Below, piece by piece: positions 27,119-36,825 of a DNA stretch of 64,000 nucleotides; position 1 is the first letter of the stretch; every line of letters begins with the position of its first letter. The position numbers were made by a program, and so were the translations under genes. The notes beneath the pieces were generated by a model. That model saw nothing but the letters and a program-made list of their open reading frames with translations. It was not told the DNA's origin and ran no database searches. Source of the DNA: an uncultured Acidobacteriota bacterium (lineage in GTDB: Bacteria; Acidobacteriota; JAQAZP01); assembly GCA_963836075.1 (NCBI GenBank), contig CAWIIB010000009.1, forward strand, positions 3,424,001 to 3,488,000, given 5' to 3'.

Positions 27119-28435
27119 ATGGGGTCAGCACTGCCGGACAGCCTGCCCTTCGGATCGGGGAAGATGCCGTTCACTGCCGACCCCCGGTATCACTGGCAGG
27201 AGCTGCGGCCCCTGGCCGAAGCGCCGGGCATGGTTTCCGGCGATCCCGATCTCCTGGTCCGCCGGGCGCTGGATGCTCCGCTGGGCTCCATGCCGGTGGA
27301 ACAGCTGGAGCAGGTGACCGGGCGGGTGGCCATTGTGGTCCCCGACGCAACACGCGCTGCCGCTGTTGATCAGATCCTTCCGCCGCTGCTGCAACGGCTG
27401 CTGGCCGCCGGCGCCGATTCTGGACAGGTCACCATCCTCTTTGCCACCGGCATCCACCGCCCGGTCACTGCCGCCGAACAGGCGGCGATCCTCGGCGCGG
27501 AGATCGCGGGCCGCTACCGTCTGGTGAACCATGTTTCGGATCACCGGGGAGACTTTGTCACCGTGGGCAGTTCATCTGCCGGCACGGCCATCCGTCTGAA
27601 CCGGCTGCTGGTGGAGTCCGACCTGAAAATTCTGCTGGGTGCGGTGGGTCTGCACTATTTCGCCGGATTCACCGGAGGCCGCAAGGCGGTGCTTCCGGGC
27701 CTGGCCCACCGCGATACCATCTTTGCCAACCACCTCAAGGTGCTGGGCGGGGACGAGGGGCTGCGCCACCCCGGGGTGGGGCCGGCGCGGCTGGACGGCA
27801 ACCCGGTGCACCGGGAAATGGAGGAGGCGGCGCAACTGGCGGGGATCGACTTCATCGTCAACACCATCCTCGATGACCAGGGCCGGGTGGCCGAAGTCTT
27901 TGCCGGCCACTGGCAGGAAGCGCACCGGGCGGCCTGCGAGCGGGTGCGGCTCACCCGCACGGTGGCCATCGATGCCAGACGGCCCCTGGTTGTGGCTTCG
28001 GCCGGCGGCCACCCCAAGGACATCAATATGATCCAGGCCCACAAGGCGATGGAATACTCGGTCGCGGCACTGGAGGAGGGCGGGGTGCTGCTGCTGGCCG
28101 CCGCCTGTGGCGAGGGGCCGGGTCATCCCGATTTTTTCCCCTGGTTCGCCCTGCGGCATGACGTGGAGCAGATGGCTTCGAGGCTGCGGGAGAACTACCA
28201 GGTCTATGGCCAGACGGCCCTGGCCCTCACCGCCAAGGCCCGCCGCTTCCGGGTGGGACTGGTCAGCGGGATGCCCGCGGAGACGGTGGAAGCCATGGGG
28301 ATGACACCGCTGGTTTCGCTGGACCAGGGGCTCCGCTGGGCCAGCGGTTTTCTCCCCGATGGCTCGCCGGCCTGGGTCATCCCCCATGCCGGAGCGGTCC
28401 TTCCGGTGGTGGGGCAGAAGGAAATGGAGGCCTGA
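27119..28435 (+). CDS. Nickel-pincer-dependent lactate racemase (LarA) family protein
   Basis: PDATR, ATGIHR, HYFAGFTGGRKAVLPG, FANH, GGHPKDINMIQAHKA. Confidence 0.9.
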   Translation: MGSALPDSLPFGSGKMPFTADPRYHWQELRPLAEAPGMVSGDPDLLVRRALDAPLGSMPVEQLEQVTGRVAIVVPDATRAAAVDQILPPLLQRLLAAGADSGQVTILFATGIHRPVTAAEQAAILGAEIAGRYRLVNHVSDHRGDFVTVGSSSAGTAIRLNRLLVESDLKILLGAVGLHYFAGFTGGRKAVLPGLAHRDTIFANHLKVLGGDEGLRHPGVGPARLDGNPVHREMEEAAQLAGIDFIVNTILDDQGRVAEVFAGHWQEAHRAACERVRLTRTVAIDARRPLVVASAGGHPKDINMIQAHKAMEYSVAALEEGGVLLLAAACGEGPGHPDFFPWFALRHDVEQMASRLRENYQVYGQTALALTAKARRFRVGLVSGMPAETVEAMGMTPLVSLDQGLRWASGFLPDGSPAWVIPHAGAVLPVVGQKEMEA

Positions 28436-28439
28436 CGCG

Positions 28440-30374
28440 ATGTGCGGAATCTGCGGCATCATCTCCCGCCGGGTCACCGAAGAGGAAGCCCGGCAGGTGG
28501 TCCCGGGCATGGTGAAAATGCTCCGGCACCGCGGCCCGGATGAGGAGGGCTTCAAGTTCTTTCCCGGCGCCGCCCTGGGCCACTCCCGGCTGAGCATCAT
28601 CGACCTCTCCACCGGCCAGCAGCCGCTGTCCAACGAGGACGGCACCATCTGGGTGGTCTTCAATGGCGAGATCTTCAACTACATCGAACTCCGGGAGGAG
28701 CTGGTGGGGAAGGGGCACACCTTCCGCACCAGCTCGGACACCGAGGTGCTGGTGCACCTCTACGAGGAGGAAGGCGACGACTTCCTCCAGAAGCTCAACG
28801 GACAGTTCGCCATCGCGCTCTGGGACGCTCCCCGGCAGCGGATGCTGCTGGCCCGGGACCGCTTCGGCATCTGCCCCCTCTTCACCTGCCGTCACGGCGG
28901 CCGGCTCTATTTCGCTTCGGAGATCAAGGCATTTCTGGCCATCCCCGGCCTCTCGCTGAACATCGACCCCCAGGCGCTGGACCAGGTCTTCACCCTCTGG
29001 ACCGTGTTGCCGCGCAAGACCATCTTCAGCGAGGTGCGCACCCTGCCCGCCGGCCACCTGCTGGTGGTGCGCCAGGGGCGGCGTGAGCTGAAGCGTTACT
29101 GGGACCTCCGCTTCCCCGGTCGTGACGACTTCGCCGACCTTTCACTGGACGAGGTCAGCGGGACGATCCACGAGATGGTCAAGGACGCGGTGCGCATCCG
29201 GCTGCGGGCCGACGTGCCGGTGGGCGGCTACCTCAGCGGCGGCCTCGACTCGTCGATCATCGCGTCCTCGGTGCGCCACTTCACCGACACGCCGCTGGAG
29301 ACGTTTTCCATCGCTTTTTCCGACCCCCGGTATGACGAGTCGCCATACCAGGAGCAGGTGGCCGCGCACCTCGGCACCAGGCACAACGTGGTGCGCATCG
29401 CTTACGACGACGTGGGGCGGAGTTTCCCCCGGGTGATCTGGCACGGTGAAAAACCGGTGCTCCGCGCTGCCCCGGCGCCGATGTTCCTGCTCTCCCGTCT
29501 GGTGCGCCAGCGGGACTTCAAGGTGGTGCTCACCGGGGAAGGGGCGGACGAGCTGTTCGCCGGCTACGACATCTTCAAGGAGAGCAAGGTGCGACGTTTC
29601 TGGGCCCGGCAGCCCGACTCGGCCTGGCGCTACCTGCTGCTGCAGCGGCTCTATCCCCATGCGCAGATCGACCTGAAAAAGGGCGGGGGGATGTTCGTCG
29701 CCTTCTACCGTCGCGGCCTCGAGGAGACCGGCGACTTCGGCTACTCCCACCGGACCACCTGGAACAACACTGCCGCGATCAAGATGTTTCTCAATGCCGA
29801 CCTGCGGGACGAGCTTGATGGCTACGACTGCACCGAAGAGATCGAGTACTCGCTGCCCGCCGATTTCCGGCGCTGGCACCCGCTGAACCAGGCGCAGTAC
29901 CTGGAGTGCCGCTTGCTGCTCTCCGAGTATCTGCTGAACAGCCAGGGCGAACGGATGGCCATGGCCCATTCGGTGGAGGGCCGCTTCCCCTTCCTCGACC
30001 ACCGGCTGGCCGAGTATGCCGCCACCATCCCCCCCAGGCTGAAGATCCGCGGCCTCAACGAGAAATACGCATTGAAAAAAGCCTTTGTCGGCCTGCTCCC
30101 CGAGGAGATCACCGCGCGGAACAAGCAGCCCTACGGCGCGCCGAACAAGGAGAGTTTCTTCACCGACCCGCTGCCCGGCTACCTGGAAGAGGACCTCTCG
30201 CCGGAAGCGGTGAAGCGGGCCGGGCTCTTCGAGCCGGCGGCGGTGGAACGGCTGCTGAAGAAGTGCTCGGTGGGCAAGGCCGCCGGCTTTCGCGACAACG
30301 CGGCCTTCCTCGGCATCCTCTCCACCCAGATCCTCCACCGGCTCTTCGTGGAGCGGAAGTTCGAGGATATCTGA
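28440..30374 (+). CDS. asnB: Asparagine synthase (glutamine-hydrolysing) family amidotransferase
   Basis: MCGICG N-terminus, HRGPD, RLSIID, FNGEIFN, LSGGLDSS, GEGADELFAGY, EGRFPFLD. Confidence 0.93.
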   Translation: MCGICGIISRRVTEEEARQVVPGMVKMLRHRGPDEEGFKFFPGAALGHSRLSIIDLSTGQQPLSNEDGTIWVVFNGEIFNYIELREELVGKGHTFRTSSDTEVLVHLYEEEGDDFLQKLNGQFAIALWDAPRQRMLLARDRFGICPLFTCRHGGRLYFASEIKAFLAIPGLSLNIDPQALDQVFTLWTVLPRKTIFSEVRTLPAGHLLVVRQGRRELKRYWDLRFPGRDDFADLSLDEVSGTIHEMVKDAVRIRLRADVPVGGYLSGGLDSSIIASSVRHFTDTPLETFSIAFSDPRYDESPYQEQVAAHLGTRHNVVRIAYDDVGRSFPRVIWHGEKPVLRAAPAPMFLLSRLVRQRDFKVVLTGEGADELFAGYDIFKESKVRRFWARQPDSAWRYLLLQRLYPHAQIDLKKGGGMFVAFYRRGLEETGDFGYSHRTTWNNTAAIKMFLNADLRDELDGYDCTEEIEYSLPADFRRWHPLNQAQYLECRLLLSEYLLNSQGERMAMAHSVEGRFPFLDHRLAEYAATIPPRLKIRGLNEKYALKKAFVGLLPEEITARNKQPYGAPNKESFFTDPLPGYLEEDLSPEAVKRAGLFEPAAVERLLKKCSVGKAAGFRDNAAFLGILSTQILHRLFVERKFEDI

Positions 30375-30475
30375 GATTTTCAGCTTGGCCTTTCATCCAT
30401 AATCGTCTAAAATCATGCACGATATCCCATTGTAGACAATACACTGATATTCCAGACAACCTTCAAGGAGGAAAA

Positions 30476-31060
30476 ATGCCTTCACTACGTCTGTTTGGTG
30501 TTGTGCTCCTGCTTCTAGCTTTGCCTTTCACCGTGGCTCTGGCCGAAGAGAATGACCCCGGGAAATACGAGGAGGCAAGAACGGTCTTCGTCAATGCCGG
30601 TGAGAGCGGCCACTACTTTGACAACTGCTACGGCTATGCCCTCTTTCCCACCATCGGCAAGGGCGGCATGGGGATCGGCGGCGCCCACGGCGAGGGCCGG
30701 GTCTATGTCGGTGGCAAGCATGTGGGGAATACCAAGATGAGCCAACTGAGCATCGGCTTCCAGTTCGGCGGCCAGGCTTACAGCCAGATCATCTTTTTCG
30801 AGGACAAGAGGGCTTTCGACGAGTTTACCAGCGGTAATTTTGAGTTCGGCGCCCAGGCCACAGCGGTGGCCATTACGGCCGGCGCCTCGGCCACGTCCTC
30901 CACGGCGGGCGGCGCTTCCGCCGGCGCCAGCGGTGGAAAGAACGATGCCACCACCACCGGCAATTACCACAAGGGGATGGCGGTCTTCACCGTGGCCAAG
31001 GGCGGCCTGATGTACGAGGCGACCATCGGCGGGCAGAAGTTCAAATACAAGGCAAAATAG
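30476..31060 (+). CDS. Ysc84/SYLF lipid-binding domain protein, copy 1
   Basis: Signal peptide, FPTIGKGG..GGAHGEG, GFQFGGQ, KGGLMYEATIGGQKF; 194 aa. Confidence 0.88.
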   Translation: MPSLRLFGVVLLLLALPFTVALAEENDPGKYEEARTVFVNAGESGHYFDNCYGYALFPTIGKGGMGIGGAHGEGRVYVGGKHVGNTKMSQLSIGFQFGGQAYSQIIFFEDKRAFDEFTSGNFEFGAQATAVAITAGASATSSTAGGASAGASGGKNDATTTGNYHKGMAVFTVAKGGLMYEATIGGQKFKYKAK

Positions 31061-31153
31061 CTCTTATATTTTGAGTTTTTTGCTCCACGAGAACAGCGAG
31101 TTGATCTCTTCGGTGTCCAGCAGAAACGTTTCAACAACCGTCAAGGAGAAAAA

Positions 31154-31738
31154 ATGCGTCTATTCATTCGTCTTTCGGTGATCTTCCTGGTTTTGGCATT
31201 GCCCTTCACCGTGGTCCTGGCCGAAGATGACGACCCCGGGAAGTATGAGGAGACAAAAACGATCTTCATCAATGCCGGGCAGAGCGGTACTTTCTTCGAA
31301 AACTGTTATGGCTATGCCCTGTTTCCCACAATCGGTAAGGGCGGTTTGATTGTTGGAGGTGCCCATGGCAAGGGCCGGGTCTATGTGGATGGCAAACATG
31401 TCGGAGACACCACGATGGACCAGATGACGATTGGTCTTCAGGCCGGCGGAGAGGCGTTCAGCCAGATCATCTTCTTCCAGGACAAGCGTGCTTTCGACGA
31501 GTTCGCCAGCGGCAGTTTCGAGTTCGGTGCCCAGGCCAAGGCGGTGGCCATCACCTCCGGCGCTGCGGCCGGATCCTCGACAGGCGGCGGAGGAACCGCC
31601 GGGGCCAGCGGCGGAAAGAATGATGCGGTCACCGCCGGCGACTATCACAAGGGTATGGCTATCTTCACCGTGGCCAAGGGCGGGCTGCTCTTTGAAGCCA
31701 GTATCGGTGGGCAGCAGTTTACATATACCGCCAAGTAG
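31154..31738 (+). CDS. Ysc84/SYLF lipid-binding domain protein, copy 2
   Basis: Same motifs and same length (194 aa) as the upstream copy. Confidence 0.88.
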   Translation: MRLFIRLSVIFLVLALPFTVVLAEDDDPGKYEETKTIFINAGQSGTFFENCYGYALFPTIGKGGLIVGGAHGKGRVYVDGKHVGDTTMDQMTIGLQAGGEAFSQIIFFQDKRAFDEFASGSFEFGAQAKAVAITSGAAAGSSTGGGGTAGASGGKNDAVTAGDYHKGMAIFTVAKGGLLFEASIGGQQFTYTAK

Positions 31739-31874
31739 TATCGCCTCTGTTCCCGCTGGGGACGACGGTTATATCGTTTCCAGCGGGGGCCGCGCCAGGC
31801 TCGAGTATCGGGTCGCCACTTTCTGAATGATTCTCTTGGTCATAGATCCCGGTGCCCCAATGTGAGGTGACCAG

Positions 31875-32594
31875 GTGCCTCTGCTCGTATCCGTGGTTGT
31901 GCCCTTCCTTAACGAGCTTGAAAACGTGGAGCCGCTGGTGCGGCAGGTGGGCGAGGTCTTTGCCGGTCTTCCGGACTGGGACCATGAACTGATCCTGGTG
32001 GACGATGGCAGCAGTGACGGCACCGGTGACCGGATCAGGGAGTTGGCCGAGGCCGAGCCCGCGGTCCGGCCGCTGATTTTCGACCGTAACTACGGCCAGT
32101 CGGCGGCCCTGGTGGCCGGCATGAGGCTGGCCGCGGGCGAACGGATCCTGACGCTCGACGGCGACCTGCAGAATGATCCCCGGGACTTTCCGGCGGTGCT
32201 GGCCAAACTGGAGACCCACGACGCCGTGTTCGGCTACCGGGCCGGCCGGCAGGACCGCTGGCTGCGCAGGTCCTCCAGCCGGGTGGCCAACATGGTGCGG
32301 AACTGGGTGCTGCGGGACGGTGTGCGCGACAGCGGCTGCGGCCTCAAGGGGTTCCGCCGCAGCGTGATACCGCACCTGGTCTCCTTCAACGGCGCCCACC
32401 GTTTCCTTGCCGTGACCGTGCGTATGGCCGGGTTGACCATCGCCGAGGTTCCGGCCCGCCACCACCCGCGGCGCCACGGTGCCTCCAAATACGGGGTGCA
32501 CAACCGGCTCTGGCGCAGCCTCCGTGATCTGGCTGGGGTGCGCTGGCTCCGTGCGCGGTATGTCAACCCAAAAAACAGGGGGAGTGACCGGTGA
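31875..32594 (+). CDS. Glycosyltransferase family 2 (DPM synthase/ArnC-like)
   Basis: VVPFLNE, VDDGSSDGT, NYGQSAA, LDGDLQNDP, DSGCGLK, HRF. Confidence 0.92.
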   Translation: MPLLVSVVVPFLNELENVEPLVRQVGEVFAGLPDWDHELILVDDGSSDGTGDRIRELAEAEPAVRPLIFDRNYGQSAALVAGMRLAAGERILTLDGDLQNDPRDFPAVLAKLETHDAVFGYRAGRQDRWLRRSSSRVANMVRNWVLRDGVRDSGCGLKGFRRSVIPHLVSFNGAHRFLAVTVRMAGLTIAEVPARHHPRRHGASKYGVHNRLWRSLRDLAGVRWLRARYVNPKNRGSDR

Positions 32595-34045
32595 AGGACA
32601 AGAACCACGAAGTGCCGCTGCTCGATCCCGAGGAGTTCCGCCGGCAGGCCCACCAGGTGGCCGACTGGATGGCCGACTACCTGCGGGATGTGAAGGACCT
32701 TCCGGTGGTGCCGTCCACCGAACCGGGGTCGATCCGGGCCTCGCTGCCCGCCGATCCGCCGGAAGCGGGGGAGCCCTTCCAGGCGCTGTTCGACGACTTT
32801 CGCAACCTGGTGGTTCCGGGAATGACCCACTGGAACCATCCCGGCTGGTTCGCCTACTTTCCGGCCAACACCAGTCCGCCCTCGATCCTGGCCGAGATGC
32901 TCACCGCCGCCCTGGGCGCCCAGTGCATGTCCTGGCAGACATCGCCGGCGGCCACCGAGCTGGAGCAGGTGGTGATGGGCTGGCTGGGGAAGATGCTCGG
33001 TCTGCCCGAAGGCTTCAGCGGTGTGATCCAGGACACCGCATCCACCGCCACCCTGGTGGCCCTGCTCACCGCCCGGGAACGGGCCACCGGTTACGACTTC
33101 AACACCGACGGCGCAGCGGCCCCCGGTGCGCGGCGGCTCACCGTCTACGCCTCCACCGAGGCCCACTCCTCGGTGGACAAGGCGGTCAAGCTTGCCGGCC
33201 TGGGGCTGGCCCGCTATCGCCGCATCGCGGTGGACCGGAACTTCGCCCTCGACCCGGTGGCCCTGGAAAAGGCCATGGTCCGTGACGTGGACGAGGGACT
33301 GATCCCCTGTGCCGTGGTGGGGGTCACCGGCACCACATCTTCGACGGCCATCGATCCGCTGCGCAAGATCGGTGAACTCTGCCGGCGGTTCGGGGCCTGG
33401 TTCCATGTCGATGCGGCCTACGCCGGCTCGGCAGCGATCCTCCCCGAGCGGCGGGCGATCCTCGATGGCGTTGAACTGGCCGACTCCTTTGTCTTCAATC
33501 CCCACAAGTGGCTGTTCACCAACTTCGACTGCTCGGCCTATTTTGTCCGCGACCGGGATGCGCTGCTGCGCACGTTTTCCATGACCCCCGAATACCTGAA
33601 GACGGCCCATGACGATGAGGTGGTCAATTTTCGTGACTGGGGCATCCAGCTGGGCCGGAGATTCAGGGCGCTGAAACTCTGGTTTGTCATCCGCAGTTTC
33701 GGTGTGCAAGGGTTGCGGGAGAAGCTGCGCGGGCACATCGCCCTGGCCGAGAGTTTCGCCCGGCGGGTGGAGCAGCACCCGGAGTTCGAACTGCTGGCCC
33801 CGGCCCCCTTCGGCCTGGTCTGTTTCCGCCACCGGCCCCCGGGTATGGCTGCGGACGATCCCCGGCTGGACCGGCTCAACCAGGGACTGCTGGAAGAGGT
33901 CAATGCCGACGGCCGCGTCCATCTGACCCACACCACTCTGGGCGGCCGGTACACCATCCGCCTCTCGGTGGGGCAGTTGAACAGTTCGGCCAGGGAAGTG
34001 GATCTGGCCTGGAAGCTGTTCAGCGAGGCGGTGGAAAAGAAATAG
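32591..34045 (+). CDS. PLP-dependent aromatic-L-amino-acid decarboxylase (group II)
   Basis: PGMTHWNHP, SPAATELE, HSSVDK, HVDAAYAG, FNPHKW (PLP Lys), LGRRFRALKLW. Confidence 0.93.
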   Translation: MKDKNHEVPLLDPEEFRRQAHQVADWMADYLRDVKDLPVVPSTEPGSIRASLPADPPEAGEPFQALFDDFRNLVVPGMTHWNHPGWFAYFPANTSPPSILAEMLTAALGAQCMSWQTSPAATELEQVVMGWLGKMLGLPEGFSGVIQDTASTATLVALLTARERATGYDFNTDGAAAPGARRLTVYASTEAHSSVDKAVKLAGLGLARYRRIAVDRNFALDPVALEKAMVRDVDEGLIPCAVVGVTGTTSSTAIDPLRKIGELCRRFGAWFHVDAAYAGSAAILPERRAILDGVELADSFVFNPHKWLFTNFDCSAYFVRDRDALLRTFSMTPEYLKTAHDDEVVNFRDWGIQLGRRFRALKLWFVIRSFGVQGLREKLRGHIALAESFARRVEQHPEFELLAPAPFGLVCFRHRPPGMAADDPRLDRLNQGLLEEVNADGRVHLTHTTLGGRYTIRLSVGQLNSSAREVDLAWKLFSEAVEKK

Positions 34046-34085
34046 TTCCGTCGATCAAGGGGCTGGTCTGTGTCTCTTCGGTCAA

Positions 34086-34313
34086 CTACTCTTCAACGCC
34101 GAATTCCTTGCGCAGTGCCCGGTATCGTTCAACCAGTTCCAGCTCGTGACGGATCTCATCATCGTACAGCTCTTCGAGGACCGCCCTGGTCCGTTCGTCA
34201 TCGCAGAGATCGAGCGCCTCCTTGTACATGGTCTGCGCCCTTCGCTCATCTTCCACCGCCTGCTTGAACAGGGTGAACAGTTTCGAAACTCTGTCGGGTA
34301 TCGGATTTTCCAT
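34086..34313 (-). CDS. Small ferritin/rubrerythrin-like protein (75 aa)
   Basis: RBS GGAGGT, ATG at 34313; AVEDERRAQTMY...LYDDEIRH (E..Y..ExxH half-bundle). Confidence 0.8.
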   Translation of the reverse strand: MENPIPDRVSKLFTLFKQAVEDERRAQTMYKEALDLCDDERTRAVLEELYDDEIRHELELVERYRALRKEFGVEE

Positions 34314-34614
34314 CAGTTTGACCTCCCTGCTTGTCCGGTTCCCGGCTAAAAAATGGCCCGAACTCATTTATCCGACCAGGCCGCCAGTTCGTTGCCACCG
34401 GGGTCGTTTCGTGAAAGCGTCTCCCGCCTGGGATCTCGAAAATCGGGCGGACGATCACTCCTCCGAGTTATCTGTTGCAACTTGTGCTCCTGAATAGTTT
34501 AGTCTAAAAAGGTCTGTGCATGTATATCAACATGCACTGGCGGGCAGGGATTTTCCCGGCAGGATAAAAGTCGCTGGAACCGAACGGTTATCAGGTGTAA
34601 ATTGATGTTGGCGG

Positions 34615-34644
34615 TTGACTTTCTCCCGGCTGGAGACCTATAAT
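34615..34644 (+). promoter_or_regulatory. sigma70-type promoter upstream of nfeD
   Basis: TTGACT-N18-TATAAT. Confidence 0.65.
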
Positions 34645-34670
34645 CTATTTAGGAAAACAAAGGTATTAGA

Positions 34671-35966
34671 ATGAGCAGATTACATTTGATCGGGGCCCTG
34701 CTTGCCTCGGTGTTGCTGATCCTGGTGTCGGTTGCCGGGCAAGCGTCGGTGCGTCACCTCGTGGTGGAGGAAAACATCCACCGGGTGACGGAGGAGTTCA
34801 TCCGCCAGGGAATCGAAAAGGCCAACCAGCAGGGTGACAGCCTGGTGATCATCCAGCTGGAAACTCCTGGTGGCCTGCTCCCCGAGACCGAGCACATCGT
34901 CCAGGCGATCATGGGCTCCGAAGTGCCGGTGGTGGTCTTTGTCGGTCCCACCGGGGCGTCGGCTCTCTCCGCCGGTTTCTTCATCACGCTCTCCGCTGAT
35001 TTCGCCATCATGGCTCCCGGCACCACCATCGGTGCGGCCCACCCGGTCCTCCAGGGGCAGGAAGAGGTGGGCGAGGTGATGCAGGACAAAATGACCAACT
35101 CCGCCGCGGCCCAGATCAGGGGTATCGCCGAGCAGCGGGGACGCAATGTGGAGCTGGCCGAGAAGGGGGTCACCGAGAGCCTCTCCTTCACCGACCAGGA
35201 GGCGCTGGAGCAGGGCCTGATCGACTACATCTGTCATGACCTGGATGAGATCCTGGCCACTCTGCAGGATGCCGAAGTGACGCGGGCCCCGGACCGGGTG
35301 ATCTCCATCGATCTCACCGGCCAGACGGTGGTCCGCGAGGAGATGAACTTCCGCCAGCGGCTGCTCAGCATCGTGGCCAACCCCAACATCGCATTCATCC
35401 TGATGGGCCTGGGCATGCTGGGCCTCTATGTCGAGTTTTCCCACCCCGGGATGATCCTGCCCGGGGTCTTCGGGCTGATCTGCCTGGTGCTCGCCTTTTT
35501 CGGGCTGTCGATCCTGCCGGTGAACTACGTCGGCGCTGCGCTGATCGTCCTGGGTATCGTGTTATTGGTTGCGGAGGTCAAAGTGGTCAGTTACGGCATG
35601 TTGTCGCTGGGCGGGGTGACCTCGCTCCTGGTGGGCTCGATGATGCTCATCGACGGCCCGATCCCGGCCATGCGCATCGGTCTGGGCGTGGCCCTGCCGG
35701 TGGTGCTGGCCATCGTTTTCATCGTCGCCTTCCTGCTGCGGCTGGTCATGGCCAGCCACCGTCGCCAGGTGGCCACCGGTATCGAAGGCCTGGTGGGGGA
35801 GGGGGGCGTGGTTCGCCTGGCCCTCGATCCCCGGGGCAAGGTGGCGGTCCACGGCGAGTTATGGGATGCGGTGAGCGATGTGACTCTCGCTCCCGGGGAC
35901 GAGGTGGAGGTTACTGCCGTGCAGGGTATGCTGCTTCATGTCCGCCGCCGGCACGGAACGCACTGA
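34671..35966 (+). CDS. nfeD: NfeD family membrane-bound serine protease (ClpP class)
   Basis: [27 protein letters not shown] region, C-terminal G.V..HGELW OB fold. Confidence 0.92.
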   Translation: MSRLHLIGALLASVLLILVSVAGQASVRHLVVEENIHRVTEEFIRQGIEKANQQGDSLVIIQLETPGGLLPETEHIVQAIMGSEVPVVVFVGPTGASALSAGFFITLSADFAIMAPGTTIGAAHPVLQGQEEVGEVMQDKMTNSAAAQIRGIAEQRGRNVELAEKGVTESLSFTDQEALEQGLIDYICHDLDEILATLQDAEVTRAPDRVISIDLTGQTVVREEMNFRQRLLSIVANPNIAFILMGLGMLGLYVEFSHPGMILPGVFGLICLVLAFFGLSILPVNYVGAALIVLGIVLLVAEVKVVSYGMLSLGGVTSLLVGSMMLIDGPIPAMRIGLGVALPVVLAIVFIVAFLLRLVMASHRRQVATGIEGLVGEGGVVRLALDPRGKVAVHGELWDAVSDVTLAPGDEVEVTAVQGMLLHVRRRHGTH

Positions 35967-36024
35967 ACTCCCGGCGGCCCGGGACAACACCGGAAGCTTT
36001 ACATTCATCGGAGGGATGACTCCC

Positions 36025-36789
36025 ATGCAATTCTCACTGATCTTCGTAGTTGTCGTTGTGCTCTGGCTCTTCTCCTGCATCAAGATCCTGCGGGAATACG
36101 AGCGGGGCGTGATCTTTCGCCTCGGCCGGATGCTGCACCAGGCCAAGGGGCCGGGGATCATTTTCGTCTTTACGCCCTTTGACCGCATGGTGCGGGTGGG
36201 ACTGCGCACCGTGGTGCTCGACGTGCCGCCCCAGGACATCATCACCCGGGACAACGTCTCGGTGAAGGTCAACGCGGTCCTCTACTTCCGGGTCCTGGAA
36301 CCGAACAAGGCGGTGGTGGAGGTGGAGAACTACATGTACGCCACCTCCCAGCTGGCCCAGACCACCCTGCGCAGCGTTCTCGGCCAGGCCGAGCTGGACG
36401 AACTGCTCAGCGACCGGGAAAAGCTCAACGTCAAGCTGCAGAGCATCCTCGACGAGCACACCGACCCCTGGGGGATCAAGGTCTCCAACGTGGAGGTGAA
36501 ACACGTCGACCTGCCGGTGGAGATGCAGCGGGCGATGGCCAAGCAGGCCGAGGCCGAGCGCGAGAAGCGGGCCAAGATCATCCACGCCGACGGTGAGTTC
36601 CAGGCGTCGGGCAAGTTGGCCGATGCGGCGGAGGTGGTGGGACGGCACCCGATAGCCCTCCAACTCCGATACCTGCAAACACTGAACGAAATATCCGTGG
36701 AAAAGAACTCCACCATCATCTTCCCCCTGCCGATTGATATATTGGAGTACTTTACCAGGCAGGCGAAGTCTGCCCGGAAAGAAGAATAA
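36025..36789 (+). CDS. Stomatin/SPFH (slipin) family protein
   Basis: [50 protein letters not shown]. Confidence 0.95.
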   Translation: MQFSLIFVVVVVLWLFSCIKILREYERGVIFRLGRMLHQAKGPGIIFVFTPFDRMVRVGLRTVVLDVPPQDIITRDNVSVKVNAVLYFRVLEPNKAVVEVENYMYATSQLAQTTLRSVLGQAELDELLSDREKLNVKLQSILDEHTDPWGIKVSNVEVKHVDLPVEMQRAMAKQAEAEREKRAKIIHADGEFQASGKLADAAEVVGRHPIALQLRYLQTLNEISVEKNSTIIFPLPIDILEYFTRQAKSARKEE

Positions 36790-36825
36790 CGAAAAATCGG
36801 CCCGGCCGACGGAGAGCAGGAGCAC

